Both the position numbers and the translations under genes were made by a program. The notes under the pieces are model-generated. The model did not search any database. It saw only the letters and a list, made by a program, of their open reading frames with translations, and was not told the origin of the DNA. DNA of 60,021 nt, filler included. It is 9 parts of 9 records of this genome, joined end to end, with 100 filler letters (N's around TTAATTAATTAA, not from the genome) between each part and the next. Parts side by side here need not be neighbours in the genome. Positions count along the whole stretch, not along the records: positions 7,875 to 15,629 come from SRR31147125_40991; positions 15,730 to 22,608 come from SRR31147125_40997; 7 more parts are not named here. One strand, 5' to 3'. Shown here one piece after another: positions 11,475 through 19,975 of this stretch; position 1 is the stretch's first letter, and each line of letters opens with the position of its first letter.

Positions 11475-12102
11475 CCTTCCGAAGGCTATTCACGAAATCC
11501 ATCCTGAATACAACAAAATAAATCCAGCCATGCACATACCAAACATCGTTCAAGTAGTTCGGAAGGTTGGGGAGCATTGAGATTGTGCTCGAGAACAACC
11601 TTCCGAAGGGCGCCTTTGATGGCAAATATTTGGTTTTAATGAATGGCGAGGATAAGACAGAATCGTAGGTAATTGAATCCTTCGGAAGGTATTAAGTAAG
11701 CATTGGCCGGGCGCCCTTCCGAAGTTTTTTCACGAAATCCATCCTGAATACAACATAATGAATGCGGCCATGCACATACCAAACACCGTCCAGGCCCTTC
11801 GGAAGGTTGGGGGATGGCAGGGATTGTGCTTGAGAACAACCTTCCGAAGGGCAAAGGATTTTAGCAAGGATTGGTGGGGGGCCCTTCCGAAGGTTATTCA
11901 CGATATCCATGCTGAATACAACATAATGAATGCGTCTATGCACATAATAAACAACGTTCAAGCCCTTCGGAAGGTTGGGGAGGCATAGGGATTGTGCTCG
12001 AGAAAAACCTTCCGAAGGGCGTTTTTGATGACAATAATTTAGTTATACTGATGGTAATAACATGAGCAGATTCGCGGTTGTTTGAATCCTTCGGAAGGAT
12101 TC
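11475..12102. repeat. REP/BIME-like array, left arm: 11 copies of the CCTTC[C/G]GAAGG palindrome, mostly in alternating orientation
   Basis: Copies start at 11475, 11556 (degenerate), 11599, 11679, 11715 (degenerate), 11796, 11840, 11883, 11964, 12008 and 12088. The spacers fall into repeated sequence classes. Confidence 0.92.
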
Positions 12103-12116
12103 TAGCAAGCCTTAAT

Positions 12117-12692
12117 TTAATCTAAATAATATTCGCTTAATACTTCCTCAACATTTTCATCAATATCCTCACTGACAAACTCACTATACAATTGTGGTAT
12201 ATCAAAATATTCTCTAATAAATTGTTTATCGACAAGATCTCCATCCCTTCGCTTAATCCATTCCGGATAATTTGAATAATCCCATTCTTCAGGTTTAATG
12301 ACAAGTCCTGCCTCAACTGGATTCCGGTGAATATATCGACACAGATATATTAAATACTCCTCTTTGTCAACATGTTTACGTTTAAATTTACCTCCAAACA
12401 AAGTTCCCTGCCGATGCTGCTGCTTATTTACAGCCTGGACATACGAATCAAAGAGATTTTGCACAAATTTTGATATAGGTATCAGTCCATCCTGACGTAT
12501 TAGAAAATGATAATGATTTGGCATCAAACAATAAGCAATCAATGTTACATCCATCTTATCTACGTATTTTTCAATTAGTCTCAGACAGTAGGAATAATTA
12601 TCAGCAGAAAAAAAGATGTTCTCTTTATTTGCCCCGCGATTGTAAACATGATAATAATGATTTGGTAAAAAAATTATTGGTTGATTTGGCAT
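12117..12692 (-). mobile_element. REP-associated tyrosine transposase (RAYT / TnpA-REP, HUH Y1 family)
   Basis: Motifs YYHVYNRG, AYCLMPNHYHFL (HUH), YIHRNPVEAGLV (catalytic Tyr) and WDYSNY. A GGGGA RBS precedes the ATG at 12692. Flanked on both sides by palindromic repeats; no tnpB. Confidence 0.88.
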
Positions 12693-12831
12693 GTATTTAT
12701 CCCCCATTTAAAACAAAATACCCAAGCATTCGATAATCACAACAAGTTAAATTAGATACAAATTTCAGAAAAGTATAATAGGCTTAACTCCTGTGGCGAT
12801 GGCGAATCTCTGCCGAAAAGTGGTTGGGTGC

Positions 12832-13044
12832 CCTTCCGAAGGATATTCACGAAAACCAACTTGTCGAATAACCAATAACCCTCAGTCATTAACATAATAG
12901 ACACTGTTTAAGTCCTTCGGAAGGTTGGGGGGAATTTTGTGCTCGAGAACAACCTTCCGAAGGGCGTTTTCGATGGCAAAAATTTAATTATACAGCATGG
13001 CGTGGACATGGACAGAATCGTGGTTGTGCGAATCCTTCGGAAGG
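12832..13044. repeat. REP/BIME-like array, right arm: 4 palindromes forming one complete higher-order unit
   Basis: CCTTCCGAAGG at 12832 and 12953, CCTTCGGAAGG at 12914 and 13034. Spacers are homologous to those of the left arm (e.g. TTGTGCTCGAGAACAACCTTCCGAAGGGCG). Confidence 0.92.
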
Positions 13045-13213
13045 TATTATAACTGCCAACGGGATCTCCGCCGCACCTTTGACAAAAACATTAAAAACCA
13101 GTTGTTCTTTAAACGTATATGCCTTATTTTTCTCAAAAACAAACATCTCACACAAAAAATCGAGTGGCCGGATATACCAGTTTTTCATTTTATCCCATTA
13201 AAAGGAGATTACA

Positions 13214-15550
13214 ATGCAAAAAAACGGTACTATTTATGCTTTTATGACCACCCTGATCTTACTTTCACTTGCCTCATTTACATTCGCAAACGATCTATTC
13301 AATCCACCCCACCGTTTATGGCAGCCGGTTGCAGATGATATCTATCTGCAGGAGGTCTCTGTCAAAGTACAGACAGAATCACCGGTTCAATCCGTGGCCT
13401 CTTTATCCGAAACCTGTTACGTGGTCATGGATGGAAAAATTTATCAGCTGTCCGGAACCTCATTGGTCGCGATGACATCCTCCCCGCAGGATGTACAACG
13501 AATAATGGCACTGGACAATGACCTGTGGGCGCTGACACCCTCGGGATTGTATAAATTGAACAGGAACACATGGAATAAAATAGATAACCGTCACTATGTG
13601 GATATGTGTAAACACCTGGGTCAGTTACATGGCGCGACACGGGAAGATGTTTACAAGTGGGAAAACAACCAATTTGTCAGTATAAAACCAGAGGGCGGTT
13701 ATTTGTCCAGCGACATCACCGTGGTCATGGCAGATGGTAGCCAGGTACTGGCAGATCCGGTACGATTCGGGCCTATCGATCGTATTCAATCCTATAGCGG
13801 CACCTTGTACGCACTGCGGCCGGGCAAAGTGGTTCTGTTCGATGGCCGCATTGTCAACGAATACGTAACCGATTGGGGTGCCCTGCCCTCCCGCCACACA
13901 ACCGATTTGCTGGCATTTGGCAGTCGTTTGTTTGTCAGTACAGATCGGGGTTTAGGTGTATTACGCGGTGCAGCCATGACAACGCTCAAGGGTACGGATG
14001 GGCTGCCCTATGAGGACGCCACCTGTCTGACACAAGGATTTGACAGCGATGTGTGGATCGGCACCACTCAAGGCGCCATACGCATGCTGGACAACGACTG
14101 GCACTTTTTCGGTGCACAGCTGTGGTTGCCGGGAAATCATGTGTATGATATTGCGGTGGAAAACAAGACTGTTTATATTGCCACAGACAAGGGTTTGGGC
14201 ATCATTGAGTACCAGCCTTATACCCTGCGCAAAAAAGCCGATTATTACGAAAACCATATAAATTCCTGGGGGCACAAACGACTGGGATTTATTCACACGC
14301 TCTATTGGGGCGGAGAAAAAAACGGCTGGATCCGTGAAATCAGCGATAATGACGGGGGTCATACTGCTCCTTACCTTGCTGCAATGAGTTTCAAGTATGC
14401 TGTCACCGGCGACGAGACAGCCAGACAGGAAGCTGTGGACGCATTCAAGGCTATGGTCTGGCTGGATAAGATTACCCCTAAAGACGGTTTTATCGCCCGC
14501 GCCATCTGGTCCACCACCGGCGATAAAGACAAAATGGCACGACATGGTTCCGGTGGATTACCAGCCAAATGGTATCCCACAGACGACGGCAAATGGTACT
14601 GGAAAGGTGATACCTCCAGTGATGAGGTGGACGCCCATTTCTATAGCGTTTCGATCTTTCACGATCTGGTTGCTCAGGGTGCGGAAAAAGAGCTGGCAGC
14701 GCAACATATCACCCGACTGTCCTCGCATATTATCGATAACGGCTGGGTGATGCGGGATATGGATGGCCAACCCACTCGTTGGGGACATTGGGATCCGGAG
14801 TATGTGCAGCGACCCTATGGATATTATGCCCGCGGCCTCAACAGCCTGGAAGCGCAGACGTTTATGCGCGCCGCTTACGCTGTGAGCGAAAACGACAAAT
14901 TTGAAAAAGGTTATCAGCAATTACTGGACTGGGGTTACCACAATTATTCCGTGCGCGCCAAGATCGCTTTTCCGCCGGAAGATATTGCACCCTGGGATGA
15001 TAATCTGGCTTATCGCTGCTATTACACCATTCTTCGCTATACAACGGATCCTATGATGCGCTCCATTTACCTGCGCAGCCTGGAACGAACCTGGGAAATG
15101 AAACGTCTCGAACATGTGGCCTGGTATAGCATAGCTTATGGCGCCATTACCGGAAATGATTGTGAACTGAATAGGTCTGTACAACACCTGCGGGAATGGG
15201 TTCTCGATTGCGTGAATTTTTCGTACAAGAATTCCCATAGAAGCGATCTCTTTCCCGAGCCCGGTTATGTGCCCTATGTGGGCGGAACACGTGGTATGTC
15301 ACCACGGGAAACGTCCGTTAAACGCGGCAGCCGTAATGCCCTGCCTTATGATGGTGGCGCAAACGGCAAAAGTGTTACCGATCCCTCCGGATTCCTGCGC
15401 GATTACTGGATGGCGCGGTATCACGGCATGATTGAAGCGCCTACGGTTACGGATAAAAAGCTCATTTCTGTGCCGAAGAGCAAAGTTGGTGAGTTTGGAG
15501 CAAAGCCCTATGATGGACCGGGGCGGCCGGAGGTGATGGGATCGAAGTAG
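13214..15550 (+). CDS. Secreted protein: N-terminal beta-propeller plus C-terminal predicted alpha/alpha-barrel (possible carbohydrate-active enzyme)
   Basis: AAAGGAG RBS and signal peptide. Propeller-blade motifs (LFVSTDRGL, VWIGTTQGA, VYIATDKGL). Helical C-terminal half with conserved-looking acidic motifs (SDNDG, WKGDTSSDE). Confidence 0.6.
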   Translation: MQKNGTIYAFMTTLILLSLASFTFANDLFNPPHRLWQPVADDIYLQEVSVKVQTESPVQSVASLSETCYVVMDGKIYQLSGTSLVAMTSSPQDVQRIMALDNDLWALTPSGLYKLNRNTWNKIDNRHYVDMCKHLGQLHGATREDVYKWENNQFVSIKPEGGYLSSDITVVMADGSQVLADPVRFGPIDRIQSYSGTLYALRPGKVVLFDGRIVNEYVTDWGALPSRHTTDLLAFGSRLFVSTDRGLGVLRGAAMTTLKGTDGLPYEDATCLTQGFDSDVWIGTTQGAIRMLDNDWHFFGAQLWLPGNHVYDIAVENKTVYIATDKGLGIIEYQPYTLRKKADYYENHINSWGHKRLGFIHTLYWGGEKNGWIREISDNDGGHTAPYLAAMSFKYAVTGDETARQEAVDAFKAMVWLDKITPKDGFIARAIWSTTGDKDKMARHGSGGLPAKWYPTDDGKWYWKGDTSSDEVDAHFYSVSIFHDLVAQGAEKELAAQHITRLSSHIIDNGWVMRDMDGQPTRWGHWDPEYVQRPYGYYARGLNSLEAQTFMRAAYAVSENDKFEKGYQQLLDWGYHNYSVRAKIAFPPEDIAPWDDNLAYRCYYTILRYTTDPMMRSIYLRSLERTWEMKRLEHVAWYSIAYGAITGNDCELNRSVQHLREWVLDCVNFSYKNSHRSDLFPEPGYVPYVGGTRGMSPRETSVKRGSRNALPYDGGANGKSVTDPSGFLRDYWMARYHGMIEAPTVTDKKLISVPKSKVGEFGAKPYDGPGRPEVMGSK

Positions 15551-15629
15551 ATTTTATTTTCTGTTTGATTCGCGAAGCACAGCTTCTCGGGTTAGTTGCG
15601 AGGCTGTATCAAAAGTCATAAAATGGGTA

Positions 15630-15729
15630 NNNNNNNNNNNNNNNNNNNNNNNNNNNNNNNNNNNNNNNNNNNNTTAATTAATTAANNNNNNNNNNNNNNN
15701 NNNNNNNNNNNNNNNNNNNNNNNNNNNNN
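15630..15729. other. Artificial contig linker
   Basis: Same 100-nt spacer. Confidence 0.99.
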
Positions 15730-17702
15730 TTTTTATTTGTCAGAATATTGGTCAATTGCAATTTCGTTCCCGGCTCGAAAAAATGTAATGATATTTCGGC
15801 ATTTTCCTTTTCGTTATTTAATTCGCGGAATAGCGTTAAATAACCGCTTTCTGTTTCCGGATTATAATTTTGAAAACCTGTCCAGCTCTTATTGTCGGGT
15901 TTATCACCAAGTACGAAAACATAGCCTTTGTACATTTCATTCCGTTCAGCTTTATACTTTGCAATAATTGGTTTGAGTTCAGCTCTTGCTTCCGGCGACA
16001 GGAATTGTAATTCAGTAAAAAATATAGGGCTCGACATCAATGTAATGGCAAAATTATAAGCATGCGTATATTTCAATGCATCAGTATTTGCCTCTGGTGA
16101 TGTAAGGTCTTTGTTCTGAAAAGTGAGCTGAACTTTATTCAGGTTCATGTAGTTGGCCAGTTCCCAACCATCGCGCAACACCTGCCATGGTTCATATAGT
16201 ACTGAAGGACGGATGGTATAGGCTTTGCGGTTTGCCAAATAAAGGTTTCCGCAGTCACGACCGAAATAAAATCCCATTCGTGCGGGCCTTTCCGTTACAT
16301 CCCAATTTACAACCGCCGCGTAGTTCGAATACTTTATTAAATCGCGTGCCTTGTAATACAAATTATCCAAAGCTTCCTTTTCATAAAGCTTCGCAAAATC
16401 CAATTTAAAGGAATTGAAATCCCCATCGTCGTAATTTGATTCCAGTGTATTTAGCGGCGCTGTCCAGGCGTTCCACAAGCCTAAGCGTATCCCTTTCTCT
16501 TTTGCTTTTTCCCTAACCTTTCCGAAGCCATTTGGATAAACATCGTAGCTTTCAGGCATGAATGTCCCATCTAAGAGTTGTGGTATTTCACCGTTTTTAT
16601 ATGGTCGGGTCGGTCCTTTTGCTGCCGGCAACCAACTCTTTTCACCTTCCCGTATTTGCCATCCGTCATCAATTTGAAGGATATCAATACCCAGCTCTGC
16701 ACAGACGTCAATTTCTGTCAACACATTTTCTTCCCGGGCCTTGTAACAGCACTGATCCGGTTTATCTTCCGAGCCCCATGTATTAGCCATTATGAAAACA
16801 TCTCTCTCCGGATGAACCGGATAACGAATCCGGTCGAAACGTTTAATTTCCATTTGCGCTTCAATATCATCGCCCTGATAAAGAATCAACCAATTGGCCC
16901 AGCAAAATTTATATTCTTTATCCGTAAGATCATAAGGGCGGAGACCTAATCCTGTTATGATTAATTGATTATCATTTCGTTTAAAACCACCCGTTTCCAA
17001 CCCTTTGTATATATCGGAATGTTTTTGCGATTCTTTCACCAGAATTAGCCCACTCGGTTTTCCATTAATAATTAACCCGTTTGTTATTACTGAACTTCCA
17101 TTTTCAGGAATATTTTCAACACTCAATATTTCATACGGTTCAACATTTGCTTTTAATCCGGCTCTATACCCAAAAGCAGTCACTTTTTCAGGCTTAGCAG
17201 CCAATTCAATTGTTTCTGAAATTCCAGGTTCCAATGCTCCATTGCCCAAATTTTTCCCGGAAGGAGTTTTTAGCCAAATCTGTGTACGCAGCCCCGTGGC
17301 ATCAGGATAAGCCCAAATCTCATATTTCAAAATAACATTCTTGTATTCTATTTCCGCTTCAACCGTAAGATGTTCATTGGTAAAATGTTCGTCATCATCG
17401 CGAAAGGCTTTCAGCGATATCAATTTCCCTTCACCAAGATCACCTAAATTCCAATCTGCTGACTGGCCAGAACCGATCGCAACAACACCTCCGGATGAAT
17501 TAATTATTTGTATTGTTGAAAGTCCTTTTCCTGTCCAAACCCAAGTGCGTTCAATCTTTCCAGTGGTTACAACCAACTCGTTCTTTTTTGTATAAGCTTT
17601 TGCATTTTCAAAAGCCTTATTTAGCTCTGGTAATACCTCTGCATGACCGAATGTTGAAAAGAAAAGAACTGAGATACTCAATATTACTACCTTAAACTTC
17701 AT
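15730..17702 (-). CDS. GH36/GH27-clan (alpha-galactosidase-like) glycoside hydrolase, 3' truncated
   Basis: Signal peptide, ANTWG, ILQIDDGWQ, and FKLDF (putative nucleophile). Confidence 0.75.
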
Positions 17703-18070
17703 TATTTATTTTGAATTAATGGTTATGTATTACAATACTAATGTTTGTTCTTCAACTGGTTCAATTATTCCCACACTCCACTTATCTAACAAATCTGATG
17801 ATTATATGAATGGTTTTAACTAACCTGCATTATTAATAAATTGATTTATTACAAATCCATATCAACTGCTACCAATGAAATTGCAGGTTAGGTTATAATG
17901 GTGATATAGAACCTGGAGGCACAATGACAGATAAAATAAAGGATACGTGGAAATTCTTTAAAACATTGAACCATGACTCTTTTTAAATAGCATTGAATAA
18001 GATTTAAAAATAAAATAACAGCACTATTGTGCTATTATTTTAAATATGAATTATCAAATTTACTTAATTA

Positions 18071-18196
18071 GAGGCTGTCCAAAAAGTAAGATTATTATTA
18101 ACAAGTTCTTGACTCCGCTCGAACTGACCTCGTTAGCAAGTTGTCGCATCGAGCGGAGTCGAGAACTTGTTACAGAGTTACTTTTTAGACAGCCTC
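18071..18196. mobile_element. 126-bp nested inverted-repeat element (MITE/REP-like)
   Basis: Outer 19-bp IR GAGGCTGTCCAAAAAGTAA / TTACTTTTTAGACAGCCTC (1 mismatch). Inner 24-bp IR at 18099-18122 and 18149-18172 (1 mismatch). Confidence 0.8.
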
Positions 18197-18220
18197 ACTT
18201 AAAATACTTAAATAGGGCTT

Positions 18221-19906
18221 TTACTTTGTTCGTAACATTTTCTTAGTGGCAACATACTCTTGGCCATTTATACCAATAGCTTCTATTTTATAAAAATAAA
18301 TACCATTGCTTAATTCCGACGAATTAAAATCAAATACATGAGTACCAGAAATTAATTCATTTTTAGTCAACTCATAAACTTTCTGACCCGTAACATTGTA
18401 AATGCTTAATGTAACATCAGCTTGTTGTGGCAACCTAAGTTTAATTGACGTATTCTTATTAAATGGATTTGGATAGTTTGACAATTCGAATCCACCCGGA
18501 ACAGCACTTATTTGTTTCACAGAAGTAGCAATTTCAGTAATCAATGGTGTATTGTCCATTGTTTCAGGATCATAAAAAACACTTGCATTTACCATTGAAT
18601 CTCTTAATGCCGCTATAATATTATCCCTGTTAGCTAAATATTCTGTTTTTTTATCAGGGAACCAGTTCAAATCTCCTAGAGGCAATCCGTCTGTCCCGGC
18701 TGTTTGCAGACCCGTATTTGAGTAACTCATATCAAATGCAGGAGGCCAGTTAAGTGCCGGTGTACCATCCTCATTAAATGATACCGGTGATGTGATACGC
18801 CAATCAACCCATTCGCCTGTAGGATCTAAATAAGTACCTTCAATATTAGCAATTATTTCTGCTGTGTTTCCAGGAGGAGATGTGAATCCGGGATCTATAT
18901 CGGAGTAGTTTGCACCTATGGTAGAATTATCATCATACACTAAGAATGAATCCAAATCAGCATGTTCCCATAAAAGGCTGGCAGAAATAGTATCCCCACC
19001 TTTTGTATCGAACCAGTCATTGATTGACTGTTCACGATAAATTAGGTTTTGCCCCATATACAAGGAAATACCATCCAAACTATCTTTACATTCAGCAAAA
19101 TTGCACAATCCTGTAAAATAAGCAGCATAAACATCATCAGGTTTTGAACTATTTTCATTCATAAAACCTAAAAAGTGGTAATTGTAATAAATGTTGTTAG
19201 CTACCATATACTCTTTACCACGTGTTTCTTCGGCAATAACACTTTGATTAATGAAGGTGTTATGCATTTCATAAACTCCGGAGTTAAAAAAAGGACCGGC
19301 ATTGGCCAACAAACGTCCGGTGTTGATGGTTGTATTGTTCTCATAAATTACCTCATCAGTGGCTACATCTAAACGCACCGGGAAACCGCCCCATTTAGAA
19401 TATCTCAATCGCACGCCATTTATAAAAATACAATTTGTAACACTCATGGTAGCTCCTTCGAAACTGTTCCTTAGCGCATAATTCTGCCAGTCTGTAAAAA
19501 CACAGTTATCCGCTATGAATTTCTCACCGCCTGTATTGCGTGCAAATACCCCAACAACTTCATCATTGTTATGAGTTCCACTAAACAAAACATTTTTGAG
19601 TGTTAAGGAACCTCCCTCTTTAATTTCAAAAAATTGTCTAGCCGAGCCATCTGCACCTGGTGTTTGAACAAAAACTGGTGGCGTGGCATCATTCATAATC
19701 CAGCCGTTGTCCGGCCCTTCAATCGTAACTTCGAAAGTTAAATCCAGGCGACCGTCAAAAGCGTAAAACTTACCAGCCTCTACCGTGTAAACACCAGCTT
19801 CGGTTATCTGGGTGTTTACAAATTCATTCGGATCCAGTACTGTCTGTGCATTTAAAACTGAACAAAGTCCGCAAATTGCAATTAATAATGTAAAAGTTTT
19901 CTTCAT
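18221..19906 (-). CDS. T9SS type A sorting domain protein with beta-helix-like body
   Basis: Signal peptide, repeated NCVF/NCIF/NNT/NNI strands, GTDGLPLGDLNWFP motif, and C-terminal NYPNPFN...IYNVTGQ...GIYFYKI CTD. Confidence 0.85.
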   Translation of the reverse strand: MKKTFTLLIAICGLCSVLNAQTVLDPNEFVNTQITEAGVYTVEAGKFYAFDGRLDLTFEVTIEGPDNGWIMNDATPPVFVQTPGADGSARQFFEIKEGGSLTLKNVLFSGTHNNDEVVGVFARNTGGEKFIADNCVFTDWQNYALRNSFEGATMSVTNCIFINGVRLRYSKWGGFPVRLDVATDEVIYENNTTINTGRLLANAGPFFNSGVYEMHNTFINQSVIAEETRGKEYMVANNIYYNYHFLGFMNENSSKPDDVYAAYFTGLCNFAECKDSLDGISLYMGQNLIYREQSINDWFDTKGGDTISASLLWEHADLDSFLVYDDNSTIGANYSDIDPGFTSPPGNTAEIIANIEGTYLDPTGEWVDWRITSPVSFNEDGTPALNWPPAFDMSYSNTGLQTAGTDGLPLGDLNWFPDKKTEYLANRDNIIAALRDSMVNASVFYDPETMDNTPLITEIATSVKQISAVPGGFELSNYPNPFNKNTSIKLRLPQQADVTLSIYNVTGQKVYELTKNELISGTHVFDFNSSELSNGIYFYKIEAIGINGQEYVATKKMLRTK

Positions 19907-19975
19907 AATTACTTCATTTTAGTTATTAAAAATTAATTTGTTGGATGAAAGCACAATCCTCACATCCAACGGTTT

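Noticed and set aside
11341-11988. Repeated short ORFs (GRLFSSTI..., VWYVHGRIHYVVF...)
   Set aside because: They are translations of the DNA repeat units in varying frames, with no consistent start, RBS or end.
12117-12707. Ordinary IS200/IS605 element or TnpB/omegaRNA system
   Set aside because: There is no tnpB or iscB, and many palindromes occur on both sides instead of one subterminal hairpin per end, which fits a RAYT.
11475-13044. CRISPR array
   Set aside because: The repeats are only 11 bp and alternate in orientation, the spacers are homologous to one another, and no cas genes are present.
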